The notes under the pieces: model-generated
Databases searched by the model: none
The model's input: the letters and a program-made list of their open reading frames with translations, nothing else
What the model was told of the DNA's origin: nothing
NCBI GenBank assembly: GCA_964561115.1
Contig: CAZLOE010000002.1
Location: 21,815-85,814, forward strand
DNA from: an uncultured Actinomycetota bacterium
GTDB taxonomy: Bacteria; Actinomycetota; Humimicrobiia; Humimicrobiales; Humimicrobiaceae
Length of the DNA stretch: 64,000 bases
Reading direction: 5' to 3'
Program-made: the position numbers and the translations under genes
Shown here: piece after piece, positions 19,120 through 29,095 of the stretch
Numbering within the stretch: position 1 is the stretch's first letter
Layout: every line of letters starts with the position of its first letter

Positions 19120-20400
19120 TTATTTGATTATATCCTGGAAACTATCCAGTACTCTTTTTATTATCCTGCTTCCAATAGTATGATCAAAACCATTTTTATC
19201 ATATATACAGGTAAAAAACATTCTTCCTTGATGAGTGGTCAGACCTATTACCCTCTCATTTCTTATAGCACTGAATATAGGGCCGTAGACATTTTCAACC
19301 TCATATTTTCCGTATTTTTTCTGCATCTGGATCACTCCTAAATTGGAAAATGAGAAATCATAATCCATAGGCATACCCTGCCTTTTTGAGAAGAGTGACT
19401 CCGGATCCTTGACACCTTCAAGCATATGTGTATTGAAAAAGTAATACCCGATCAAAGGATCATATTTTTCCAGCTGTCCTTTTAATTTTTTATTTATATC
19501 TGATGCAATCTCCGAGATTGTTCTTTTGGGAGAGCAGTCGATCTCTGCTGTAATTATACCGTTAAAAAGGCCGAAGTAATTCTTTGCTTCATCTACCAGA
19601 AAAGGCTTAAAACTAATAGGACTCTGCAGTACTCTCTTGAATCCTTCTTTTTGTCCAAATTCATACGCAAATGATTTTAAAAGAATGGCACCAAGTATAC
19701 CGTGTACTGAAACGCTGTTCGCTTTTGCAAGAGATATTACTTTTTTTGTTTTATCTTCATCAAAGGACCAGTTATGGATCACATAAACAGGTTTCGGGAA
19801 GGTCTCTTTTTTAATGGGTTTTTGTTCTGCATTATCTCTATTTTTAACCCATTCAGGAAGTTTCTTTTTCTTTATTATTTCAAGGATGTCCTTCTTGATC
19901 AGATTTGTAAAGACAGGTGCTTCAGGGTACGGGTTTACAGGTTTATTCTTATCTGCCAGGAATAATAACATGTCGTGAAGAAAAACTACAGCAGACAATC
20001 CGTCACATATTGCATGATGAAAAACAACTATAATATCAGAGTTGATTTTTCCCTGTATTAAAAATACCCGTATCATTGGGCCCTTAAAAATGTCAAAATA
20101 CCTGCAGAGTTCTTCGGCTATAACGGTTTTCCAGTCTGTTTTGTTTCCGTCAAGTTCCTGTAAAGGTATCTCAGGTACATTTTCAGTTGTGATGAATTGT
20201 CTTATAAACTGATTTTTATCCTTGATCATTACTACTCTTACTCCGGCCAGTGGATGTTTATGCTGTGCTTTTAATAAAGCTTGCTTAATGTCGGATTTTT
20301 TAACGCAAGGTTCTACTTTTACCCTGAAGGCAAAATGCATCAGTGTATCATTACCCATATAATACAATATTCTCTCATATGCTATTGTTTCTCTTTTCAT
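19120..20400 (-). CDS. Stand-alone condensation-domain-like acyltransferase (HHxxxDG superfamily; WS/DGAT / PapA5 / NRPS C-domain-like)
   Basis: A HHAICDG motif sits at the expected position, about 140 aa into a 426-aa protein. It is separated by 6 nt from the upstream MATE gene on the same strand. Confidence 0.5.
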   Translation of the reverse strand: MKRETIAYERILYYMGNDTLMHFAFRVKVEPCVKKSDIKQALLKAQHKHPLAGVRVVMIKDKNQFIRQFITTENVPEIPLQELDGNKTDWKTVIAEELCRYFDIFKGPMIRVFLIQGKINSDIIVVFHHAICDGLSAVVFLHDMLLFLADKNKPVNPYPEAPVFTNLIKKDILEIIKKKKLPEWVKNRDNAEQKPIKKETFPKPVYVIHNWSFDEDKTKKVISLAKANSVSVHGILGAILLKSFAYEFGQKEGFKRVLQSPISFKPFLVDEAKNYFGLFNGIITAEIDCSPKRTISEIASDINKKLKGQLEKYDPLIGYYFFNTHMLEGVKDPESLFSKRQGMPMDYDFSFSNLGVIQMQKKYGKYEVENVYGPIFSAIRNERVIGLTTHQGRMFFTCIYDKNGFDHTIGSRIIKRVLDSFQDIIK

Positions 20401-20406
20401 AATATA

Positions 20407-21798
20407 TCACCCCCGAAATCTTTTTAATTCTGGTTGTCTGGTCAGGTTATGGAGCCACTTATTAGATAAGAAGCGGTAGTAGGCTGCTACCATTTTTACC
20501 AGCTCTTCTGTGGCTGCTATTAACATAACATAATGCACGGGCAGTTTTAGGACAAATGCGGCTATGGCCGCCAGCGGAACCCCTACGAACCATATCCCGC
20601 CGACTTCTATTATCATACTATAAAGCGTATCACCGCCAGCTTTTAAAATCCCCATCTGGAAAGTGATGTTCATTACTCTCAAAAGCATTATGAGGGCCAT
20701 TACCAGCAGGAGATAATAAAGGTATGTACTGCTCTGCTCTGAAAGATTATAGAAATTGACTATATATTTTCTTACAAAAATAAGAATCGCTGCAATCAGT
20801 ATAGAGAAAACTACAGCTATGGAAAGGAAATTTTTGGAGTAATCCCTTGCCTTGTGTTCTTCACTGGCCCCGATCCTGTTTCCGACCATGATAGCACAGG
20901 CGGATCCCAGCCCTGAAAAGAGCATAAGACTTAAACGTTCGACCGAGCAGGCTATATTATAAGCGGCAAATGCTTTGGTGCTGATGTGGCCGTATATTAC
21001 ACTGTACATACTGTAGCCTAGTGCCCATCCCACAGTCTGACCCATGACAGGAAGCCATATTTTTATATATTTCTTTAACATATCTTTTGAATAATTAAAA
21101 ATATTCTTAAGGCTGGCAGCTAACGAATACTTTCTTATATATGTAAAGGATAGAATAATGATGAATTCAACACTTCTTGCGATAACCGTCGCTATTGCAG
21201 CACCCTGGACTTTCAATTCAGGAAATCCGAATTTACCGAAAATAAGTAAATAATTTAAACCTGTATTCAGCAGCAGCCCTATAATACCGGTGACAAGAGG
21301 AAATTTTACATTTTCTGTGCTTCTAAGAATTGTACCGTAAACAGTGGATATTGAGGTCATGATCAGGCTGAACGCGATTATACTCAGATATTGTGCGCCC
21401 ATTTCTATGACCTGAGGATCATTATTATATATTCTTACCAATGTATCCGGGAACATAAAAGTGACTAAAGTAAAAATACCTGATATTACGAGGGCAAATG
21501 TAATACCTATCCCGAGATTTGAGTGTATTTTTTTAAGGTCTTTTTTACCCCAGTATTGGGCGGTAAAAATCGCAGTTGCGCTGGCTATACTGAAAATAAA
21601 CATTAAAAACAAAAAAAATATTTGATTGCCGATACCGACAGCAGCGACTTCTGTTTCACCAAGCTGGCCTACCATAAATACGTCTAAAAAATTTAAGGCA
21701 GAGGTAAGGAAATTCTGCAGCACTATAGGAGTTGCTATAGTGAGTAGTTTTGGTAGAAATTCTTTATGTTTTGTAAATGATTCAATTATAGATTTCAA
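20407..21798 (-). CDS. MATE family efflux transporter
   Basis: 463 aa polytopic protein with a MATE-like N-terminus (LLTIATPIVLQNFLTSALNFLDVFMVGQLG). Confidence 0.8.
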   Translation of the reverse strand: MKSIIESFTKHKEFLPKLLTIATPIVLQNFLTSALNFLDVFMVGQLGETEVAAVGIGNQIFFLFLMFIFSIASATAIFTAQYWGKKDLKKIHSNLGIGITFALVISGIFTLVTFMFPDTLVRIYNNDPQVIEMGAQYLSIIAFSLIMTSISTVYGTILRSTENVKFPLVTGIIGLLLNTGLNYLLIFGKFGFPELKVQGAAIATVIARSVEFIIILSFTYIRKYSLAASLKNIFNYSKDMLKKYIKIWLPVMGQTVGWALGYSMYSVIYGHISTKAFAAYNIACSVERLSLMLFSGLGSACAIMVGNRIGASEEHKARDYSKNFLSIAVVFSILIAAILIFVRKYIVNFYNLSEQSSTYLYYLLLVMALIMLLRVMNITFQMGILKAGGDTLYSMIIEVGGIWFVGVPLAAIAAFVLKLPVHYVMLIAATEELVKMVAAYYRFLSNKWLHNLTRQPELKRFRG

Positions 21799-22035
21799 GT
21801 TTTTCTCCTTGGTACGAATTAACTGGTCTGTTATTGGTATACTGTTATAGTAAGGGTAACGGTATAAGTAACAGCTTTTACTGAACTAAATTGTGATAAA
21901 AGCGTTCTTGTGAGGAACCGTTTTTACAAATACAAGCAAAAAATTTTAAAATAATAAGTGTAAAATGTCAACTGTTTATGCCAAAATTATAATCTAAATT
22001 AGAAGATTTTATATAAGATATGTAATATTATATAA

Positions 22036-22800
22036 ATGATTATGGATAAAGAAAAATCAAGAAAAATTGCAAAGGTAATATCTGAAAGCAGCAGGGTAGC
22101 GGTCCTTACAGGAGCAGGGATCTCAACCGAAAGCGGGATACCGGATTTTAGAAGTCCGGGAGGAATATGGTCAAGATTTGATGCTTCAATAATGACCAGC
22201 GATAAGCTGTATGGAGATCCAAAAAGTTTTTATAGGCAGGCGGCACCAATGCTTGGTTTCTTTGAGGAAATAAGAAAAGCAAAGCCTAACAAAGCACATT
22301 ATATTCTGGCAGAAATGGAAAAGGAAAACCTTGTTTCAGGTGTCATAACCCAGAATATTGATGGTCTTCATCTGAAAGCCGGTTCAGAAAAAGTATATGA
22401 GGTTCATGGAAACTTAAGAGAAGGGCATTGTATATCCTGTGGCGAAAAGGTAAGTTTTGACCTTCTGGTAGGAAAGGTAAAAAGCGGAAGCATACCTCCA
22501 GTATGTGACAGCTGTGGGGGGATATTAAGGCCTGATGTGGTATTATTTGGAGATGAGCTTCCAGATTGTTTTATAAAGGCAGCAGAAGAAGTAAGAAACA
22601 GTGATGTTCTACTGGTCATAGGTTCAAGTCTTGAGATAACCCCGGCAGGAAGTCTTCCTGCAATGGCGAAAAAATATATTATAATAGATAAGGGCAGGAC
22701 ACATTTTGACCAGGTTGCATATGAAGTATGGAATGAGATGGCAGGAAGTGCGCTGGAAGAAATCTTTGAAGAAATAAAACTTCTGGCAGAAAAAGGATAA
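22036..22800 (+). CDS. NAD-dependent protein deacylase, Sir2 family (CobB-like)
   Basis: GAGISTESGIPDFRS, QNIDGLH and Zn-ribbon cysteines (CISCGEK...CDSCGG). Housekeeping sirtuin architecture. Confidence 0.8.
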   Translation: MIMDKEKSRKIAKVISESSRVAVLTGAGISTESGIPDFRSPGGIWSRFDASIMTSDKLYGDPKSFYRQAAPMLGFFEEIRKAKPNKAHYILAEMEKENLVSGVITQNIDGLHLKAGSEKVYEVHGNLREGHCISCGEKVSFDLLVGKVKSGSIPPVCDSCGGILRPDVVLFGDELPDCFIKAAEEVRNSDVLLVIGSSLEITPAGSLPAMAKKYIIIDKGRTHFDQVAYEVWNEMAGSALEEIFEEIKLLAEKG

Positions 22801-22878
22801 AAAATTTTTTTATATATATTTATTTTTATTGTAATCTAATATAATCTTTATTATTTTATTATATCCGGCTTTAAAGGA

Positions 22879-23232
22879 GTGCTTGTGATAATCAAGAAGA
22901 AAAGAGATCATAACCCTCAGATCAAAGAAAATGAGGACATGAAAGGGATCAGGTTTTACCCCATGCTTACTGCCAAAGACGGTACGCCTAATTTTGCCAT
23001 GAGGCTTTTTGAAATAGACCCTGATGGCTATACACCCAGACACAGCCACGAGTGGGAGCATGAAGTCTATATTATAAAAGGAGATGGGTATGTTTTTAAG
23101 GGTGAAGAGGAGATCCGGATCGAACAGGATGACTTTATTTTCGTAGAGCCCTCAGAGCTTCATCAGTTCCGTGCCGGTGAAAATGGGATGAGCATTATAT
23201 GCGTGGTTCCCAATAAAGGCCAGCCTTCATAG
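22879..23232 (+). CDS. Cupin domain protein
   Basis: Cupin-2 metal motif HSHEWEHEVYIIKGDG...HQF. Confidence 0.6.
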   Translation: MLVIIKKKRDHNPQIKENEDMKGIRFYPMLTAKDGTPNFAMRLFEIDPDGYTPRHSHEWEHEVYIIKGDGYVFKGEEEIRIEQDDFIFVEPSELHQFRAGENGMSIICVVPNKGQPS

Positions 23233-23282
23233 GCCTTTTATAAATAGATAAACAGAATGCAATTAGTTATAATGTATAAAAA

Positions 23283-25232
23283 ATGAAAGAGGTAACACCA
23301 ATTAAGAACTCAAAGTGGCTTTATTTTTTAATAGTAGCCATAAATATTTTTTTCGGACTGCAGATCCTCAAAGTTTTTCTATCCCTGCTGGTAAATTTCT
23401 TTAGAGAAAGGCCGAATATATCACTTACAGATGTAGGCATTTATGCAGCTGTGACCTTTATACTGGTCTTTGCCACAGCTTTTTTATACAGATTAAGGTA
23501 TGGCGTCATATTGTGGATTCTCGCAGCAGGTATTGGGATTACAAGACTTGTCCTGCAGATAAACCCCTGGCCTCCGTTTAGCCTTGCGGTATCGGCTCTG
23601 GGCACTATTTTGTGGGCGGCAAGCTTTGTTTTTTTCATATCCCTGGTCCAGCAGAAAAAAATCGATCTTTTATCTACTTTTTTCCCTGGTATTATTTTTG
23701 GTATCAGCCTTACCACTGCTGTCAGCGGTCTTTTTGGGACATGGGACATGATATGGAGGCAGGATTGGTATGTAACCTTTGCCGTTCTAATTATTGTAAT
23801 AGCAAAATTATGGATGGTTTACAATGTTTATCGCGATCTGGGTGATACCAGACCTTCTGATGGGGGTAGGTCTGTCTTCTATACTTTGATTGTATTTATG
23901 CCTTTTATTTTTCTCCAGCTTTTAAAGTTTCAAAATATTGCTGCGCTTGATGCAGTTACCGGAAATAGAATAAGTGTTTCGCTGGCAGTGATACTGCTCT
24001 CAAATATTGCAGCAATGGGGTTTATATATCTGTTTCTTATAAAGAAGGTCAGGATCCCGCTGACTGTTCTCGGAATTTTATTTCTGCTGTTGTCTTTATG
24101 GCCTGATATCTCAGGATATTTGTATATCCTGCAGGTGATTTTGGGAAATATAGGAGCTTTCTGGCTGCTTATGGTAGTCTTAAATAAAGCGTCAGTTACA
24201 TTGCAAGTAAAAGTTCCCTGGAAAGATACTTCTGCCGTTGGTGTCGGAGGACTGGTATTTTTTATTTTTGCCTTTATGTATTATGGCAGCTATGACCTGA
24301 ATTTGCCTTTTGGGAACTGGGTGATTCCTATTGTAACGGCTGCTTTAATATCAATTTGTGCTCTGATCTCATCCTGCCTTAAAAATTTAGCACTCGGGGG
24401 CGTTAAAGCTAAAAGCATAAATGAAAAATATACAGGCATTAAACTCGCGTTTCTTTATCTTATAGCAGCCCTGCTTGTAGCGCCGCTCATTATGCTCCTT
24501 CCTCCTAAAAATATAGACAGGGATACCTGTGAAGAAGGACCTGTCAGGGTAATGGATTACAACATCCATCAGGGATTTAACATTAAAGGTTACCTTGACC
24601 TTGAAAGCATTGCCAGAGTCATTGAGAGCAGCGGAGCTGATGTAGTATGCCTTCAGGAAGTTTCCAGAGGATGGGTCATAAATGGTTCTACAGATACCCT
24701 TTTATGGCTGTCGGACAGGCTGGATATGGACTATTTATTTATGCCTGCATCGGATGCCGTGTGGGGTAATGCTGTTTTAAGCCGGTATCCGTTAAAACTA
24801 ATGAAGAGCGGATATCTGCCAAGGCTGGGTGCACCGCTCCGGAGAAGTTACCTTCTTTCCGAGATAGAGCTTGAAGGGAGAGAAAACATACATGTGATGT
24901 GTGTGCATATTCATCACATAAAAGATGAAGGCGTGATCAGGGAAGAGCAGGTAGAAAAAATCCTGGAAGAATGGGGTGGATTAGAAAGGACTGCCATAAT
25001 GGGGGATTTTAATGCAGAAATTTACGAGCCTGAAATTAAAAAGATGTATAATGCAGGACTTATAGATTCACAGCTTGAACTGGGGGAGGAAGAAAAACTG
25101 ACCTGGGTACACTATGAGCCCTATAGGAGGATAGATTATATCTGGGTAACAAAAGATCTGGAAATATCAGATGTGGATGTGCCTTACAGTACTGCTTCGG
25201 ATCATCTGCCTGTTGTTGCTAATATAAATTAA
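23283..25232 (+). CDS. Polytopic membrane protein fused to a C-terminal endonuclease/exonuclease/phosphatase (EEP) domain
   Basis: About 400 aa with at least 10 hydrophobic helices. Then VMDYNIHQGF...ADVVCLQEV...GDFN...SDHLPV, which are EEP catalytic motifs. Confidence 0.6.
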   Translation: MKEVTPIKNSKWLYFLIVAINIFFGLQILKVFLSLLVNFFRERPNISLTDVGIYAAVTFILVFATAFLYRLRYGVILWILAAGIGITRLVLQINPWPPFSLAVSALGTILWAASFVFFISLVQQKKIDLLSTFFPGIIFGISLTTAVSGLFGTWDMIWRQDWYVTFAVLIIVIAKLWMVYNVYRDLGDTRPSDGGRSVFYTLIVFMPFIFLQLLKFQNIAALDAVTGNRISVSLAVILLSNIAAMGFIYLFLIKKVRIPLTVLGILFLLLSLWPDISGYLYILQVILGNIGAFWLLMVVLNKASVTLQVKVPWKDTSAVGVGGLVFFIFAFMYYGSYDLNLPFGNWVIPIVTAALISICALISSCLKNLALGGVKAKSINEKYTGIKLAFLYLIAALLVAPLIMLLPPKNIDRDTCEEGPVRVMDYNIHQGFNIKGYLDLESIARVIESSGADVVCLQEVSRGWVINGSTDTLLWLSDRLDMDYLFMPASDAVWGNAVLSRYPLKLMKSGYLPRLGAPLRRSYLLSEIELEGRENIHVMCVHIHHIKDEGVIREEQVEKILEEWGGLERTAIMGDFNAEIYEPEIKKMYNAGLIDSQLELGEEEKLTWVHYEPYRRIDYIWVTKDLEISDVDVPYSTASDHLPVVANIN

Positions 25233-25255
25233 ATATTCTTAGATATCTTCTCAAT

Positions 25256-26548
25256 ATGAAAATGAAAAATCAAAATGCAGTAAAAACTCTAATGATTATA
25301 ATAACAGCTTCAGTTGTGATGACATTTGCTTTTCTTATTCCCTCCTGCAGGCCGGAATTAAAATTCGGCGAATTGGTAGTTTGCCTGGAAGTGGACGCAG
25401 ATACTTTCGCCCCTGTAGGAATAAAAGACAGCTTTGATACAGGAGTGGGAAAAATATTTGCAGTCGTTGATGCATCCGGAGTAAAAGCAGAGGATGTATG
25501 GAAATTTATCTGGAGGAACAGAGATACTGAAGAAGTAATCGCTGATTCAACAGGTAATTATTCTGAAAATGAAAGCGGCTATATGGAAGGCTACCTCTCA
25601 AATTACATTGTACCCGGTGAAGAGGGCGGCATTATAGGAGAACCTGGAAATTACAGTGTTGATTTTTACCACAACGGCCAGCTTATAAATAGTGCTGATT
25701 TTGTTATTGAACCTCCAGAGCTTGAAATAATAGAGGTCATACTCTCAAATGAGGTAGATGATTTAGGAAAGCCTGAGAATGTTTCTGATAAATTTTATCC
25801 TGACGATATAATTAATGCTTCAGTAAAATTGAATTGTAAGAAAAAGGACGAGTCTATAAGCGTTAAATGGTACCAGGGCGAAAACGGGTTGCTGGGCGAG
25901 GAGCAATTTATCATTGAGGATGATTATTATCTGGAAAGTTATATCGTGTTTGTAATAACAAATGATGAGCCCTGGCCGATCGGTGACTACAGGCTGGAAG
26001 TCTTTTATAACGGCTCGCTTGACGGCAGCTATGCTTTTGAAATAGTGAGAAGGGAAATGCCTGATGCTGCTTATGATCAGAATAAGATTTACCAGAGTGA
26101 GGATTATAAATTCTCTATTAATTATCCTGATGGTTGGAGCTACAAGGAAGAGGAAAACGATACCGGTATTGAGGTAGATTTTATCCCTGATCCTGATTAT
26201 ATAGATGTCATTATAAGTATGAGGGTCTTAAAGAAAGGGTATTTCCCGGGTAAGGAAGAATATTCTGACTTAGCTGATGAAATGGTAGAAGATATAGATG
26301 TGGTAATTTCAAATGATGAGGATATAGAAGTCCAGAAAACAGAAGGCACAGGTGAAATTGGTGATATTATCTACAGCCAGATAAATTACAGCTATCCGGG
26401 TGAAGGCGAAGACGGCTGGGATATTGATTTTATTTTTATAAGCAGGACAAATATGCTTTATCTTTTTAAAAAAATTTCCGGTGTTTATTATAAAGGGTTT
26501 GCAGATAAGGTATATAGTAATATGCTGGAATCTCTGCAGTTTGAGTGA
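25256..26548 (+). CDS. Acidic secreted/lipoprotein-like hypothetical protein
   Basis: N-terminal hydrophobic segment ending in a Cys (LIPSC). Strongly Asp/Glu-rich. No recognisable catalytic motif. Confidence 0.35.
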   Translation: MKMKNQNAVKTLMIIITASVVMTFAFLIPSCRPELKFGELVVCLEVDADTFAPVGIKDSFDTGVGKIFAVVDASGVKAEDVWKFIWRNRDTEEVIADSTGNYSENESGYMEGYLSNYIVPGEEGGIIGEPGNYSVDFYHNGQLINSADFVIEPPELEIIEVILSNEVDDLGKPENVSDKFYPDDIINASVKLNCKKKDESISVKWYQGENGLLGEEQFIIEDDYYLESYIVFVITNDEPWPIGDYRLEVFYNGSLDGSYAFEIVRREMPDAAYDQNKIYQSEDYKFSINYPDGWSYKEEENDTGIEVDFIPDPDYIDVIISMRVLKKGYFPGKEEYSDLADEMVEDIDVVISNDEDIEVQKTEGTGEIGDIIYSQINYSYPGEGEDGWDIDFIFISRTNMLYLFKKISGVYYKGFADKVYSNMLESLQFE

Positions 26549-26648
26549 TATAGATTTTTTAAGCTAACATTTATGGTTTAATGATAAATAGGATTGTAAT
26601 ATAATTACTTCTGTTTGCCATATTTTTTATCTTAATCAGGAGAATTTT

Positions 26649-28010
26649 TTGCTTGGTCTTAACAAAAAATTAAAGAATCTTAAAAACAAGGGAAAGTCCA
26701 TAAAGGTCGCCATAGCAGGGGTAGGCCAGATGGGCAGGGGACTGATATCCCATATCAGGGAAATTGACGGAATACAGGTCGTCGCAGTGGCAAACCGTGA
26801 TGTAAAAAGGATCAGAAGTATATTAAGGGAAATCAATATAAGTGATGATGAGATTATGCTTATAGGTTACAGAGGTGGTATAGATGTGAAAAATGATAAA
26901 AGCATGATCAAAGCAGAGGGTGAAAATCTGGACAATAAGACCAGGGAGAAAATAAATCAGATGGCAAAAAAGGGTAAGATAATAGTATCGGATGAACTTG
27001 ATATATTATTTGCCCTTGATGATGTGGATATGATAATAGATGCCACCGGTAATCCAGGAGCAGGAGCATATATAGCATACAATGCTGTTTTACATAAAAA
27101 ACACATAGTGACTTTGAATGTAGAGGCTGATGTAGTAATAGGACCGAAACTTAAAAAGCTCGCTGATGATGCAGGAGTGGTATATACTGTTTCAGCAGGT
27201 GATGAGCCAGCTGCGCTGAAGGAACTATATGATTTTGCAGATGCACTGGGACTGGAGGTAGTTGCAGCCGGAAAGGGTAAGAATAATCCACTGGATAGAT
27301 ATGCAAATCCGAAAACACTTAAAGACTATGCCAAGAGCAAAGGTTCAAGCCCAAAGATGATGACATCGTTTGTTGACGGTACCAAGTCAATGATAGAGAT
27401 GGCCTGCCTTTCAAATTCAACCGGGCTTATCCCGGACTGCAGGGGAATGCACGGGCCAAGAGCAGATATAAAAGATCTTATCAGCGTATTCAGTTTGAAA
27501 GAAGACGGTGGAATATTATCAAAAAAGGGCGTAGTTGATTTTGCGATTGGGGATCTTGCCCCCGGTGTTTTTTTGGTTTATACCACAGAAAATAAAACCA
27601 TAAAGGCGGATCTTAAATATCTTATGCTGGGAAGCGGACCTTATTACCTGCTTTACAGGCCCTATCATCTAACCAGTATTGAAACCCCTATAACTATCGC
27701 CAGGACTTACTTTTACCGTGAACCCACCCTGGTCCCTGAATACGGCATGATATCAGAAGTAATCACTCTGGCTAAAAAGGACCTGAAAGAGGGTGAGAAG
27801 CTTGATGGTATCGGAGGATATACTGTTTACGGTCTTATTGAAGAATATAGAACAGCCAAAAAGGAAGATTTGCTTCCTGTCGGGCTTTCTGAAGGTTGTG
27901 TTTTAAAGAAAGATATCGAAAAAGACCAGCCAATAAAATATAATGATGTAAATCTGAGTGGAGATTCACTGCTGCTGAAGCTTAGAAGATCACAGGATAA
28001 AACTATTTAA
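26649..28010 (+). CDS. NAD(P)-binding dehydrogenase-like protein with a C-terminal SAF-like domain (COG4091, predicted-homoserine-dehydrogenase-like)
   Basis: Rossmann motif VAIAGVGQMGRG. About 450 aa. Resembles COG4091. Confidence 0.4.
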   Translation: MLGLNKKLKNLKNKGKSIKVAIAGVGQMGRGLISHIREIDGIQVVAVANRDVKRIRSILREINISDDEIMLIGYRGGIDVKNDKSMIKAEGENLDNKTREKINQMAKKGKIIVSDELDILFALDDVDMIIDATGNPGAGAYIAYNAVLHKKHIVTLNVEADVVIGPKLKKLADDAGVVYTVSAGDEPAALKELYDFADALGLEVVAAGKGKNNPLDRYANPKTLKDYAKSKGSSPKMMTSFVDGTKSMIEMACLSNSTGLIPDCRGMHGPRADIKDLISVFSLKEDGGILSKKGVVDFAIGDLAPGVFLVYTTENKTIKADLKYLMLGSGPYYLLYRPYHLTSIETPITIARTYFYREPTLVPEYGMISEVITLAKKDLKEGEKLDGIGGYTVYGLIEEYRTAKKEDLLPVGLSEGCVLKKDIEKDQPIKYNDVNLSGDSLLLKLRRSQDKTI

Positions 28011-28045
28011 GAATAAAATAATAAACAAAGTGCAAGGGGGCCTAT

Positions 28046-29059
28046 GTGAAAATCTTTAACAGTAATATCAGGACACCTATTATTATAGGTGTTTTTTTAG
28101 TGTTTATTTTATTACTTCTGCCTTCAGGCTCCTGTAAGTTCAGAACCATTGATAGAATAGAAGAAACCAGGGAACTTATGGGTACATATGTAAGCATAAC
28201 AGTCTTCTCGGATGAGGAGACCGGTACTGAAGCTATAGATGCAGCATTTGAGAGGATGGAAGAAATTGTCGATATTGCCTCTGTCTATGATGAGGACAGC
28301 GAAGCATCAATACTTAATAAAAACGGTTATCTGGAGAATCCCTCTCCTGAATTTTTAGAACTCATAAATGATTCTATTGATTATTACAATATCTCCGGAG
28401 GCTGTTTTGATATAACCGTTCAGCCCCTGCTCGATCTCTGGAGCGGGGGTCTCTGGCAGGAAAGCGAGGAAGTACAGGCTGAGAAAATAAGTGAGGTTCT
28501 TGATTTCATAGGTTCCGATATGATAGAAGTCAATGACAGCAGGATAGAATTTATAACAGACGGAATGTCTATTACTCTTAATGCTATTGCCAAAGGTTAT
28601 GCTGTTGATGAAGCAATAAAAGTGATAAGAGATTACGGTATCAGGCAGGCTCTGGTAAATGCAGGAGGTGATCTATATGCAATGGGCACCAAAACAGGTG
28701 GAGAAAAATGGGTAGTAGAGCTGGAGGATCCTGATGATACAGAAAATACTATTACAGCATTTACTGTTGCGGACAGGGCAGTTACTACTTCTGGAGGGTA
28801 TCACCGCTATTATGATCTTGAAAAAGAGGTGCATCATATAATCGATCCCAGAACAGGGTATTCTGCTAGCAGCTGTATAAGTGTGACTATAATAACAGAT
28901 TCATGTATGGAAGCTGATGCTCTGGCAACTTCTGTTTTTGTAATGGGTCCTGTTGATGGAATGGCACTGGTAGAATCTCAGGAAGATATTGAGGCATTGA
29001 TAATAGATAGTGATAGAAAAATATCTAAATCTTCTGGACTTTTAGAATATATTGATTAA
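28046..29059 (+). CDS. apbE: FAD:protein FMN transferase (ApbE/Ftp family), lipoprotein
   Basis: Signal/lipobox (LLLPSGSC). ApbE-like sequence (MGTYVSITVF..., GGDLYAMG). It lies directly upstream of rnfC. Confidence 0.75.
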   Translation: MKIFNSNIRTPIIIGVFLVFILLLLPSGSCKFRTIDRIEETRELMGTYVSITVFSDEETGTEAIDAAFERMEEIVDIASVYDEDSEASILNKNGYLENPSPEFLELINDSIDYYNISGGCFDITVQPLLDLWSGGLWQESEEVQAEKISEVLDFIGSDMIEVNDSRIEFITDGMSITLNAIAKGYAVDEAIKVIRDYGIRQALVNAGGDLYAMGTKTGGEKWVVELEDPDDTENTITAFTVADRAVTTSGGYHRYYDLEKEVHHIIDPRTGYSASSCISVTIITDSCMEADALATSVFVMGPVDGMALVESQEDIEALIIDSDRKISKSSGLLEYID

Positions 29060-29095
29060 AATTACCTATGACTTTTTTACTTTTTATAAATACAA

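Noticed and set aside
22036-22800. Sir2 domain protein as a possible anti-phage (Thoeris/DSR-like) effector
   Set aside because: It has the Zn-ribbon cysteines and the GAGISTESGIPDFRS motif of genuine NAD-dependent deacylases, at 254 aa, with no partner genes such as TIR, HerA or a helicase. It is a housekeeping CobB-type sirtuin.
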